Part shown: piece after piece, positions 49,490 through 59,174 of the stretch
Position numbering within the stretch: the first letter of the stretch is position 1
Layout: each line of letters opens with the position of its first letter
Assembly (NCBI GenBank): GCA_965204345.1
Contig: OZ241981.1
Location: 1,696,001 to 1,760,000, forward strand
DNA: 64,000 nt
Reading direction: 5' to 3'
DNA from: Nitrosopumilus sp.
Lineage (GTDB): Archaea > Thermoproteota > Nitrososphaeria > Nitrososphaerales > Nitrosopumilaceae
Notes under the pieces: model-generated
What the model saw: the letters and a program-made list of their open reading frames with translations, nothing else
What the model was told of the DNA's origin: nothing
Database searches by the model: none
Position numbers and translations under genes: made by a program

Positions 49490-50083
49490 TTGATTATGGC
49501 TTTATCTGGAATTATGGCATTGATTCCTTTTGTTGATATCTTCTTACATCCTATTATTCAGCTAATTGCGGTTTTGAGTGCGTTTGGAATTGGTCTGTTT
49601 CAGGGAATAGTCCTTGGCCGATCCATCCTCACAAGATTTCCACGACTCCAAAATCACGTTAAAACCGTATCTGTAACACTGTTCATTCTGTTTTTGATAA
49701 ATGCAATCCTGAGCGTTCCAAGATTTGCATCTCCTGAAAAAATCACACTAGCTAATCTGTCTGCAAATAACCCCGGCGAGGTCATGTCTTTGCTTTTCTT
49801 AATTTTTGGAATAAATACCGGATTTCTTACCGTCTTGGCAATCTCCGTTACTGTGACAACCTTTGTTGTATTGAAATTTACGAGTCTAAACAGAGTTGCC
49901 AAGGGGTTTGTCCTCTTCTTTAGTGCCCTTATCTTGATATTGACCGGTGTTAGCAGATTCACTGATCTTACTCCTAGTACTTTTGAAGTACTGCTGTACT
50001 TCCTTTACCAGTTAGGAATCACAATCGGTATTTTGGCGGGCACAATTAGAAAAATTAAACCAAAAAAATTGGATTTAAAGTAG
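49490..50083 (+). CDS. Multi-pass membrane protein
   Basis: Five or six hydrophobic segments. Confidence 0.7.
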   Translation: MIMALSGIMALIPFVDIFLHPIIQLIAVLSAFGIGLFQGIVLGRSILTRFPRLQNHVKTVSVTLFILFLINAILSVPRFASPEKITLANLSANNPGEVMSLLFLIFGINTGFLTVLAISVTVTTFVVLKFTSLNRVAKGFVLFFSALILILTGVSRFTDLTPSTFEVLLYFLYQLGITIGILAGTIRKIKPKKLDLK

Positions 50084-50197
50084 TTTCAAACGTTTAAATC
50101 AGATTATTTTGACACTGATGTTGACATCGAATTCAAACCGTTCGGGGAACAAGCTGGCAGTCCATGCGTTGGACTGTCAGCCCCATTTATTCAAAAT

Positions 50198-52012
50198 TTA
50201 ATTCAACGATGCAAGCGTGTTTACTTGCCCTCTGACGTAATCAAACCCTTCTTGCCAGAATTTTGGTTTTGTTATGTCAAATCCGTATTCTGAAAGCAGC
50301 TTTTCTGGTTTTTTAGATCCCCCCGCTGCAAGAATATTGATGTATGCCGGAACAAAGTCTCTTCCCTCTTTTTTATACCTCTGAAACAAAGACAATGCAA
50401 GCAAGTTGCCAAAGGAATACGCATAGCAGTAAAAGGGAGTGTGGTAAAAATGAGGAATACAGCTCCATTCTATTTGAAAATCTTCTGATAAATTCACCGA
50501 TGTGCCGAACTGTTCCTTGAGATTCTGTGAATATGTTTTTGATATTTCATCTATTGTGGTTCCATTTCCAATTTGTTTGTGAGCATCAATTTCAAAAATC
50601 GTAAAAAACGACTGTCTGAGAATTGTTGCATACAAATCATCTATCTTTTCAGACAGCATTATTTTTTTCTCATCATCTGAGATTTTATCTGATATGTTGT
50701 CATACAATAGCAATTCTGAAAAAGTTGATGCTGTTTCTGCTAATGGCAACGGTGCATCCTGTATTAGAATTGACCTGTCTTGCGCTGCCTGGCTGTGAAC
50801 TGCATGACCCAGTTCATGTGCTAGTGTGAAGACGTCCCTTGACTTGCCCGTAAAATTTACCAAGACATATGGTGTGATTTTTGGGGCAAGCGTGCTGCAA
50901 AACGCCCCGTCCCTTTTGCCCTGCCTTATCTCCGAGTCAATGTGATTCTCATCAAATACCTTTCTTGCATACTCTTCTAGCGTACTGCTAAATTTGCCTA
51001 GCGATTCAAAGACTAGATTGACTGACCTGTTATACGAGTAATTTTTTTCCTTGATGTTGGATGCTGCCGGTGCATACAGGTCATATCTGGCCAATTTTTT
51101 CATTTTTAGCATTTTTGCCTTTTGCATAAAAAATTTTTGAAAAACAGGTGCGTTTTTTTTGCAAGTCAAAAGCAGTGACTCTATTGTTTTATCATCCACG
51201 TCGTTTCCTATGTTTCTCATGGATATTGGCGATTTGTATCCCCTAATCTCAATGCCCTCGTCTTTCCAATTAAGGACAATGTTCTGATATATTTCCCCTA
51301 CGACGCCTTTGTTTTCTGAATATCTTGCAAGAATGGTTTTGTATGCCATCTTGCGGATCTTCGGATTTGTACTTCTAACATAATTTGTAAGTTCTTCCCT
51401 GGTCATTGATTTGACTTTGCTTCCAATTTTCATCTTGTACTCAAAGGAATTGGTTATTTTATCATACAATTTTACAAGTGCTGATATGCCAGTCACATCT
51501 AGCGTATTGATGATTCTCTCCTCTGGTTCGCTAAGTGCATATCTTGCAAACAATCTTTTGTGAGACAGGTACTCTGTAATCTCCCCTGCATCCTTCATGA
51601 GCCTTTTGGCATTTTTATCGTCAATCTGAGTTTTCCACCACAAGTCAAAAAACAAAATTTTGTTTGAAATTTCAGAGCCCAGTTTTGACATCCTCGTCAT
51701 CAGTGATGTTGCCTCATCTGATTGCGTATCTGCTGAATATGACAAAGAGGCATAACCTCCAATCTTACTCATATTTTCAGAAATTTTTTCAACCTGATGT
51801 AAAATACCCATAAATTGTTTTGATGATATTTTGGGATTTAGTTTTGATTTGATCTTTTCAAAGTTTGCAGCCTGTTTTTCTAACTCTTGAATTTGTTTTT
51901 GAAATGCAGGACTCTTTGGATTTTTGGACAATTCTCTCAGATCCCATTTTCCTAACTGGTATGATGCCATCTGGTTTTGCATCTTTGTAACTATTAAAAA
52001 ATGAATGCTCAC
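50198..52012 (-). CDS. pepF: M3-family oligoendopeptidase F
   Basis: WDL, GKRDGAFC, TLAHELGHAVH, LAETASTFSE, IPHFYHTPFYCYAY. Confidence 0.9.
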   Translation of the reverse strand: MSIHFLIVTKMQNQMASYQLGKWDLRELSKNPKSPAFQKQIQELEKQAANFEKIKSKLNPKISSKQFMGILHQVEKISENMSKIGGYASLSYSADTQSDEATSLMTRMSKLGSEISNKILFFDLWWKTQIDDKNAKRLMKDAGEITEYLSHKRLFARYALSEPEERIINTLDVTGISALVKLYDKITNSFEYKMKIGSKVKSMTREELTNYVRSTNPKIRKMAYKTILARYSENKGVVGEIYQNIVLNWKDEGIEIRGYKSPISMRNIGNDVDDKTIESLLLTCKKNAPVFQKFFMQKAKMLKMKKLARYDLYAPAASNIKEKNYSYNRSVNLVFESLGKFSSTLEEYARKVFDENHIDSEIRQGKRDGAFCSTLAPKITPYVLVNFTGKSRDVFTLAHELGHAVHSQAAQDRSILIQDAPLPLAETASTFSELLLYDNISDKISDDEKKIMLSEKIDDLYATILRQSFFTIFEIDAHKQIGNGTTIDEISKTYSQNLKEQFGTSVNLSEDFQIEWSCIPHFYHTPFYCYAYSFGNLLALSLFQRYKKEGRDFVPAYINILAAGGSKKPEKLLSEYGFDITKPKFWQEGFDYVRGQVNTLASLN

Positions 52013-52208
52013 CGTATCTTTTGTTAGCTAACATTTCAAAATTCCCCTTTCTCTGATCCTCGTATTTTTGAGTATGTTTTAGAAAATTGGGTCTTTTTTT
52101 CCACAAAATCTGTGTCTTATTCCTGTAATTTAGGCTCAAAAAATACCCAAAAAATCCTCAAATATATCGGTTCATATAGGAAATAAACGACGCAAAATTG
52201 GTCTTACT

Positions 52209-53141
52209 ATGGTCTTGGAAGTTGTTAATGCGGATTCGGCATGTGGTCGTTGTGGCAAAAATGCCATGTTGACTGATAATGTTACTGGGGAAAGATTTTG
52301 TGGAAAATGCGGTTATGTCATTACTGAGACGTTGCAAGACTCTGGTCCTGAATGGAGATCATTTTCAAAGGAAGGCGGAGCAGATCCTACTAGAACCGGA
52401 GCCCCCACGTCTCTTGCAATGCATGATAGAGGGCTTGCAACTATTATCAGTCCCATGAATAAAGACTCCTCTGGAAAGCCTCTTACTTCGACAATGAAGA
52501 GCACCATTGAAAGACTGCGAACATGGGACAGCAGAAGTAAAGTTAACGCATCCTCTGATAAAAATCTCAGGCAGGCATTAAGCGAACTATCTACACTAAA
52601 AGACAAGCTCTCGCTTTCTGATGCTGTAATTGAAAAGGCATCCTATATTTACCGAAAGGCATTAGAAAAGGGCCTGGTTAAGGGCCGTTCAATTTCTGCA
52701 TTGATTGCCGCATCTCTTTATGCCGCATGCCGGGACACTGAAACCCCCAGAACCCTAAAGGATGTCTCTGATGCTGGCAACATTAAGAAAAAAGATATTT
52801 CCAGATGCTATAGAATCTTACACCAAGAATTGGAACTAAAGATGCCCGTAGTTGATCCGGTCCAATGCGTTGCAAGAATTGCAAGCTCCATTGGAATCAC
52901 TGAGAAGACAAAGCGATTTGCAGTCAAAGTGCTAAAGGATGCTCAGGCACATGAGGAATCTGCAGGAAAAGACCCTATGGGATTGGCAGCGGCAGCACTA
53001 TACCTGTCTTGTGTAAAAAATGGTGAAGATAAAACTCAGCGTGATATTGCAGAGGCTGCAAATGTTACTGAGGTTACAATTAGGAATAGATACAAGGGTT
53101 TAAGATTAGACCAGAACATGGATATGATGGGAGGAAAGTGA
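52209..53141 (+). CDS. tfb: Transcription initiation factor IIB
   Basis: Zn ribbon CGRCG..CGKCG, GPEWRSF, cyclin repeats, GKDPMGLAAAALY, VTEVTIRNRY. Confidence 0.95.
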   Translation: MVLEVVNADSACGRCGKNAMLTDNVTGERFCGKCGYVITETLQDSGPEWRSFSKEGGADPTRTGAPTSLAMHDRGLATIISPMNKDSSGKPLTSTMKSTIERLRTWDSRSKVNASSDKNLRQALSELSTLKDKLSLSDAVIEKASYIYRKALEKGLVKGRSISALIAASLYAACRDTETPRTLKDVSDAGNIKKKDISRCYRILHQELELKMPVVDPVQCVARIASSIGITEKTKRFAVKVLKDAQAHEESAGKDPMGLAAAALYLSCVKNGEDKTQRDIAEAANVTEVTIRNRYKGLRLDQNMDMMGGK

Positions 53142-53145
53142 TGGT

Positions 53146-53706
53146 ATGACTCAAACAAAACCCGTTATCGCCATAGTTAACGTAGTGGCTTCTGCCACAA
53201 TAGAGCAAAAATTGGATCTTGTTGATATCACAAAAAAATTCCCCGCAGTCGAATACCATCCAGAGCAATTCCCTGGAGCTGTTTTCAGACTCAAGAATCC
53301 AAAAACTGCGACACTGCTTTTTGGCTCAGGAAAAATGGTCTGTACCGGTGCCAAATCCCAGGAACTGGCAGAGACTGCAGTGTTTGAGGTGGTCAAAATA
53401 CTACGAAAAGGCAAAATCAAGATCAAAAATGATCCCATAGTTTCAATACAAAATATTGTATCCTCAATTAATCTTGGAGGTAAAGTTAATCTGGAGCAAG
53501 CCGCAAGAACGCTTCCTAGAAGCATGTACGAGCCTGAACAATTCCCTGGACTGATTCACAGGATGCTTGATCCAAAAACTGTCATTCTAATTTTTGCATC
53601 TGGAAAGCTAGTCTGTGTTGGTGCAAAGTTAGAAAAAGACGTTCATCGCTCTGTAAATCAAATCCATGCCCTTCTTGAAGAAAAGGGCTTGATGGTTTAC
53701 AGCTAA
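53146..53706 (+). CDS. tbp: TATA-box-binding protein
   Basis: Two repeats NVVAS/NIVSS, Y(H/E)PEQFPG, F.SGK.VC.GAK. Confidence 0.96.
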   Translation: MTQTKPVIAIVNVVASATIEQKLDLVDITKKFPAVEYHPEQFPGAVFRLKNPKTATLLFGSGKMVCTGAKSQELAETAVFEVVKILRKGKIKIKNDPIVSIQNIVSSINLGGKVNLEQAARTLPRSMYEPEQFPGLIHRMLDPKTVILIFASGKLVCVGAKLEKDVHRSVNQIHALLEEKGLMVYS

Positions 53707-53739
53707 TCGTCTTGCTGAAAAATAATTTTTATAAAAATT

Positions 53740-54006
53740 TCAAGTAGTAGCTTGATAGTATTCCTTGTGGATGTAGCACCACTTCCAAATATCTTCTGGC
53801 ACTGCCTTGATTACCGGATGCCCTGTTTGCTCAAAATGTCTTCTTGCATGTTTTCCAATTGATGAATCACAGCATCCTACATGCCCACATGTTAGACACA
53901 TTCTAAGTGCAACTGTAGGCAGGTGTTCTTTTTCACACTCTTCACAGTTTTCTGTATTTTGAGATGTCTTGTCCTCTTGCGTAAAATGCTCACACTCTTC
54001 GGACAT
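53740..54006 (-). CDS. UBP-type zinc finger protein
   Basis: LRMCLTCGHVGCCDSS..KHA..HF..TGHP..W.WCY. Confidence 0.9.
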   Translation of the reverse strand: MSEECEHFTQEDKTSQNTENCEECEKEHLPTVALRMCLTCGHVGCCDSSIGKHARRHFEQTGHPVIKAVPEDIWKWCYIHKEYYQATT

Positions 54007-54007
54007 G

Positions 54008-54547
54008 TTAGTATTTTTTTAATGTGTCCTTGTATCTCTTTATTGAATTAATAATTACTATCTTGGATTCCTTGGCTGACTTCCAACCCATTATCTCCAC
54101 CTTCTTGCCTTCCAGGTCCTTGTATACTTGGAAAAAATGTGCAATTTCTGAACGATAATGATCCTCCACATCTGTAATATCTGTGGTATGTAGATGTCTT
54201 GGGTTGTTTGTTGCAACACAGATTATTTTGTCATCTAACTTTCCATCATCCCTCATTTGAAGCAGTCCTATCGGTCTTGCTTCAATTAAGATTCCAGGAT
54301 ATGTCGGATTTGTAACTAAAATTAATGCATCTAGCGGGTCCCCGTCATCTGATAATGTCTGTGGTATCAATCCATAATCTCCCGGATAGTGAAATGGAGA
54401 AAATAGCACCCTGTCTAGTCTCATCATGTTGTGCTTTTTATCGTATTCGTACTTGTTCATGGAGCCTTTTGGAATTTCTACGATGACATTGATGATTTCT
54501 GGAACATCACTGCCTGTTTCAATATCGTGCCAAAAATTCTTACTCAT
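54008..54547 (-). CDS. ppa: Inorganic pyrophosphatase
   Basis: EIPKGS.NKYE, LDRVL, YG.IPQT, DGDPLD, DDKII. Confidence 0.95.
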   Translation of the reverse strand: MSKNFWHDIETGSDVPEIINVIVEIPKGSMNKYEYDKKHNMMRLDRVLFSPFHYPGDYGLIPQTLSDDGDPLDALILVTNPTYPGILIEARPIGLLQMRDDGKLDDKIICVATNNPRHLHTTDITDVEDHYRSEIAHFFQVYKDLEGKKVEIMGWKSAKESKIVIINSIKRYKDTLKKY

Positions 54548-55061
54548 TTTCTAGCTCTTCATCTGGATACAGAGTATATGAATTCTATGAAATTTTTTTG
54601 GATATGGTAAAATCCTTTATCCTTTTAGATAAACTGTACAAATAGGTGCAGTTTCCCTCTGTCTGAATAATTACAGCAGCCTCAAAAAAAAGTATCATGG
54701 GTGCTGATGGTTTATCACAAGCACTCCTGAATGTATATCATGGTGTCTCTTCTGCGTTGGAAAATACCTCTTTGGATTCTTTTTGGAGGAATGCTTTTTC
54801 AAACCTTCTGAAATTATTTCATATTGTGGGGTTCTTTTGGTGGCATTGTTATTGTTATTGTTGTTGCAGAAAATTATCTGTGACAAATGGTTGCTGAAAT
54901 GATAATGCTGGAATATTCTCCCAATTCCAGTACAAGGCAGGTTCAGATACTTGATGATAACAAAATTACCTGATGAAATTATGACTGGAGATTTTTAGAT
55001 GAATCTGAATTGTATGCCTTGGCTTCTAAAAAACAAAGAGACCTGCGTGATACTTTGATGA

Positions 55062-55496
55062 TTATGCTAGTTCATTGGTGGTATTTGGAATTACTTTGTA
55101 TATTTGTACTGTATAATCCCCTTCAAAGACATTGACAAATTCACCCGTGCTCGTATCTAAGCTTCTGACTCTGAATTTGTATTCGTATGATCCGTCTCCC
55201 TTGGTATCAACTTGTGCAAAGTGAACTGGATCTCCTTCTTTGTAAAACTGAATAATTACTGGATATCTTTCAGCAGTTTCTGCTGCCTCACCCCTGACTG
55301 TTCCCCACGGTAATGTGTTTTCCTGAGGAATACTCATTGTAGTCGTTGTTCTTTCTATGCTGATTTCATCATTAATTGGAGTAACTGTTACCTGGTTTGG
55401 TTCAGCAAAAGCATTTTCTGGAACCGTCATCATCATCATCATGCCAAAGACTGTCATAACTGATGCCATTAACAAAACGCTTGATTTTGCACTCAT
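55062..55496 (-). CDS. Secreted hypothetical protein
   Basis: Signal peptide ending PENAFA; beta-rich domain. Confidence 0.7.
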   Translation of the reverse strand: MSAKSSVLLMASVMTVFGMMMMMTVPENAFAEPNQVTVTPINDEISIERTTTTMSIPQENTLPWGTVRGEAAETAERYPVIIQFYKEGDPVHFAQVDTKGDGSYEYKFRVRSLDTSTGEFVNVFEGDYTVQIYKVIPNTTNELA

Positions 55497-55559
55497 TTTG
55501 TAATTTAACTTTCAAAGTAACTTATAAAATTTATTACTAATTTGTTCTAATTTCTGGAA

Positions 55560-55715
55560 TTATGGTAATTCCTCTTCTAAATCACAACATGCCTTGTGAA
55601 CCCATTGATCCTTGGAATTTTTTAGTATTTCCTTGCCTGTTTTGATGACATCTCCGCACTCTACACATTTTCCATTAAATCTTGCCTTCATGCTAACTGT
55701 TGTACTTTGCTCCAT
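55560..55715 (-). CDS. Small zinc-finger-like protein (not in ORF track)
   Basis: (MEQSTTVS)MKARFNGKCVECGDVIKTGKEILKNSKDQWVHKACCDLEEELP*, translated by hand. Confidence 0.7.
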   Translation of the reverse strand: MEQSTTVSMKARFNGKCVECGDVIKTGKEILKNSKDQWVHKACCDLEEELP

Positions 55716-55810
55716 TTAACTAAATCTTTTTAGCTTTTTTGCTATTTTTTTTGGCTATGCCTTGTGTTTTTCAGATAGTATTTAATGACATGTGATCATA
55801 CTACAAGACA

Positions 55811-56494
55811 ATGGATTCTGTAGATATTATAGATGATGTCAATGCATTGCTGAAGCTTGGCGTTGGCGATGTATATCGATTAGAGCACATCAAGCAGGCA
55901 TATGTTCAAAATAAAACAATTTGGGTTACTGATGAGAATTATCTGACTCGACTGCGTGAAAAATATCTCCTAAAACATCAATCAGAGGATGCAGCAGACA
56001 AGAGTGAATCTGAAAATAAAGAGATAATTCATTGTTGGAAATGTGGGAAGAAAGGGCCGCTGAGTGCTACTTTTTGTATGGTTTGTGGTACTTTGTTGTT
56101 TGAAGTAGGTACCAAATCCAAAGTTTCTCCTGATTCTAAAACACCTGATAAACCTCGTCCTAAAAAACCTAAGAGATCGATTTCATTAAAAATTCCGGTT
56201 CTAATTGCAATACCTGTCTTAGTTTTGATAGTTCTTGGAGCTGGATACACTCAGGGATATTTTGATAATGTTATGAGTGGTTCCTCTTCTGCACCTGTGA
56301 AAACCACTCCTGTTGTTAATGAGGTGATTTCATCTGGCGAAACTGATTCAAGGTGTGGCCCTGGCACCGTTTATGACTCTGAATCCAACTCTTGTGTCCT
56401 GGGAACTTCTGTAAGTGCTGCTGGCGAAACTGATTCAAGGTGTGGCCCTGGCACCGTTTATGACTCTGAATCCAACTCTTGTGTCCTGGGATGA
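55811..56494 (+). CDS. Zinc-ribbon membrane protein with duplicated C-terminal CGPGT..CV module
   Basis: CWKCG..CMVCG, TM segment, 2x GETDSRCGPGTVYDSESNSCVLG. Confidence 0.75.
   Translation: MDSVDIIDDVNALLKLGVGDVYRLEHIKQAYVQNKTIWVTDENYLTRLREKYLLKHQSEDAADKSESENKEIIHCWKCGKKGPLSATFCMVCGTLLFEVGTKSKVSPDSKTPDKPRPKKPKRSISLKIPVLIAIPVLVLIVLGAGYTQGYFDNVMSGSSSAPVKTTPVVNEVISSGETDSRCGPGTVYDSESNSCVLGTSVSAAGETDSRCGPGTVYDSESNSCVLG
56334..56491. repeat. Perfect 71-bp intragenic duplication, 87-bp period
   Basis: 56334-56404 is identical to 56421-56491. Confidence 0.9.
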
Positions 56495-56635
56495 TCCTCT
56501 AGCCTTGAGTGCTTGTACAGCATAATCCAAACAATTTGTTTCTGTTTGGTTCTGCATGACGTTTTGGGTCCTTTAGAAAAACTAGATGTCTTGCTAGTCC
56601 AAAGATGACAATTCTCAGCAATTAAAGCTTTGAAC

Positions 56636-56914
56636 TTATTTCACTTCTTTTCTTTCCTTGAATTTTTCTTTGTACAGCCTGTTCCTTGGTTTTTGTCTTA
56701 TTCTAAAATTGCAACAAATACACCACCAGCCAAGTGAATTCTCTGTTGCAGGTGACCCGTCTTTTAGTCTTGCACCATTGTGATCTATCCACACATCACA
56801 TGTTTGGCATCTGCCCTGCCCTGAATCATATCGTCCTTTTCCCGCAGGTTTTTTTACCCTGAATTTTTTACAAATTTCCTTGCAAACTCTCTTTTGAATC
56901 TCCGCTGAAGACAC
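56636..56914 (-). CDS. Cys-rich basic hypothetical protein
   Basis: CKEIC, RY..GQ.RCQTC, WCICC..RIRQKPR. Confidence 0.7.
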   Translation of the reverse strand: MSSAEIQKRVCKEICKKFRVKKPAGKGRYDSGQGRCQTCDVWIDHNGARLKDGSPATENSLGWWCICCNFRIRQKPRNRLYKEKFKERKEVK

Positions 56915-56916
56915 TC

Positions 56917-58398
56917 TTATACGCTCACTGTTCCATGCTGATTTACAGAATTAACATTTGTGTGCCACTTTTTATGATATTCGTCCTTTAGGGTGTGAAT
57001 TGGAATCAGAGATTTTGCATCAGTGTTTTCCACAATATACTTGATCTGCTCCCCGTCTCCGTGCCCAGAAACGTGGATTTGGTGCCATTTATCCTCCCTT
57101 TTGAGCACACCAAAGTGTACAAACCAGTTTTTTACCTGGTCTTCTTTGGTTTCCATCTCAGTGTTAAACGGCTCAGTCAATGAGCGGATATAAGAAGATC
57201 CTTCGGCAGGCTTTACATCAATCAAATCTTGCAGTCTGAAATCTGAGCAGTAGAAAATGTATTGATTCTGCTTTTTCTGAATGTCTCTATAATCTACAGC
57301 ATTTGGATAGTCCAAAAATTCTCTTTGCCATAGTCTGTAATCTGCAAGCAGCTGTCGTTCTGAAAACAGGTCAATGTCCTTATCAATTAACCCCCAAGAG
57401 CCTCTCTGAATGTATATCTTGATGTTTTTGTCAGTTGGCCCGGGATATTTTCCCTTCAAATTTGGGGATTCATCAAATAATTTTAAGAGATATGCTTGCT
57501 TCATGTCAATTACCAAATCGCGATTTGTGTTTTTTGCTGCGATATAAAACGATAACAGCCTGTCCAAATCCCTAATTGGATAACCGACAATTGTCAGACT
57601 TTTAGTATCATTTACAATCCTTGAAATCTCGTCCTCTACATCATACTCTGTAATTGATGACGGTGCATCCACCCTGGTGCCCTCACATAGCAAAACATCC
57701 AAGTCAGACTCGGCACATCTTTGCACAAATTTCTCAGTTTCATCCTTTCGTCTTCCGTGGAATCTTAAATCTGCGGTATTTCCAATCGTACCTTCGGGGG
57801 TATTGAGAATAAATGCATGAACTCCTGGGATTGAATGGTCTACCGGAAGTGGTTCCACGCCAACAGAGTCAATGCTGAATTTTTTTCCAGATTGGAACAC
57901 TTTGATTTTTCTAGGGACTTTTACCCTGTCTTTTGTCGCTCTACTAATCCTGCCTTTTTTATTTTTGTAAACCTGAAATCTCTTTTTTGCAGTATGATAT
58001 TGGTCCGAACCAGTCTCATCAAAGTTTTGCATGATTAGTTTTGATTCCTCTGAGCAGTAAATTGGAATATCCTCTCTCAAATATGAAATGTATGCACAAT
58101 GATCTACATGGGCATGAGTTAACAGAACCGCATCAATTTCAGTCTCCTCATCCCCTCCAAAACCCATGTGTTTTGCATAATCCCGTCTGTACAGCCCCTT
58201 GATTTTAGGCAAAATTCCCAATTCAAAGAGATCATTGAGACTGTTTGATGTCCTAGGTTTCAGAAACTGTGAAAAAAATTTCTCTTCTTGAGAAAAAGAC
58301 ATTCCAAAATCCATGAAAATTTTTGTCCCCTTGCTTTCAACTAGGAACTTGTTTCCACCAATATCATTTACGCCACCATGAAAAGTAATGTCTGTCAT
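56917..58398 (-). CDS. MBL-fold metallo-hydrolase, beta-CASP/RNase J-like
   Basis: GGVNDIGGN, THAHVDH, VDHSIPG, TADLRFHG, LCEGT, HVSGH, PIHT. Confidence 0.88.
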   Translation of the reverse strand: MTDITFHGGVNDIGGNKFLVESKGTKIFMDFGMSFSQEEKFFSQFLKPRTSNSLNDLFELGILPKIKGLYRRDYAKHMGFGGDEETEIDAVLLTHAHVDHCAYISYLREDIPIYCSEESKLIMQNFDETGSDQYHTAKKRFQVYKNKKGRISRATKDRVKVPRKIKVFQSGKKFSIDSVGVEPLPVDHSIPGVHAFILNTPEGTIGNTADLRFHGRRKDETEKFVQRCAESDLDVLLCEGTRVDAPSSITEYDVEDEISRIVNDTKSLTIVGYPIRDLDRLLSFYIAAKNTNRDLVIDMKQAYLLKLFDESPNLKGKYPGPTDKNIKIYIQRGSWGLIDKDIDLFSERQLLADYRLWQREFLDYPNAVDYRDIQKKQNQYIFYCSDFRLQDLIDVKPAEGSSYIRSLTEPFNTEMETKEDQVKNWFVHFGVLKREDKWHQIHVSGHGDGEQIKYIVENTDAKSLIPIHTLKDEYHKKWHTNVNSVNQHGTVSV

Positions 58399-59030
58399 AT
58401 TTTTACATCCCCTGCATGTCTATAAAAAAAGGATCGTCGGCTTTTGACCTGAAATTTTGTCTTCTTACCTGCTTGCAGTGCCAATTTCGTAAAATTACCA
58501 CCAATGCCGAATTTCTCAGAGATCCTTGGCAAATAATGACTTTTTGCAAAAGAGACAAAAGCATGCACAAGGATGATTCCTGAATTTGCAACGGGCGGTT
58601 CATCTTGATATTGCCTTACAGATACAGGCAGAATTTCAATTCCCCAACCATGACAAATTTGAAGTTGATCCGTGATCTTCTTTGCCGTTGTTTTGTCTTG
58701 CTCGTCAGTTTTTGAGAGTTTTACTGGCCTGCCAAGAATTTTCAAAGTTTTTTCAATGACTATCCTTGGAGATAACCCTCTGACTTTTTTTGCTTCCTGT
58801 AGTGCCATGCCACATGGTGTTATGGAGGGTGCTTTGCCTCCAGGACAAGCTTTGAATCCAGAGGCAACTTTTGGTTTCTCTAAAATGTCAGTTACTGCAC
58901 AAGGGCCTGATGCCATTTTTTGAGTTTGTACTTGTTTCATAGCGTAATTTGGATTTGGAATTATTATATGGCATGTCAATACTATGCATACTTGGCATAC
59001 TATGATGGGAAGAATTTCAAAGGATTGCAT
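58395..59030 (-). CDS. Hypothetical or decaying ORF
   Basis: Open frame overlapping the MBL gene start; no recognisable motif. Confidence 0.3.
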   Translation of the reverse strand: MQSFEILPIIVCQVCIVLTCHIIIPNPNYAMKQVQTQKMASGPCAVTDILEKPKVASGFKACPGGKAPSITPCGMALQEAKKVRGLSPRIVIEKTLKILGRPVKLSKTDEQDKTTAKKITDQLQICHGWGIEILPVSVRQYQDEPPVANSGIILVHAFVSFAKSHYLPRISEKFGIGGNFTKLALQAGKKTKFQVKSRRSFFYRHAGDVKI

Positions 59031-59174
59031 GATTTCTGATAATTACAGACTATCATACCTTTTTTTATATTGACAAAAAATATTCGTCAGATAAAGGCTG
59101 CTTTCTTTGATTTATGCCTGATATCTTTTGCATTCTAATGTTTTACGAATAATAATAACCAAAAATACCCCTAA

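Noticed and set aside
54600-55050. Short ORFs with (TTG/TTA)n runs
   Set aside because: Low-complexity, probably a decayed remnant; no supportable product.
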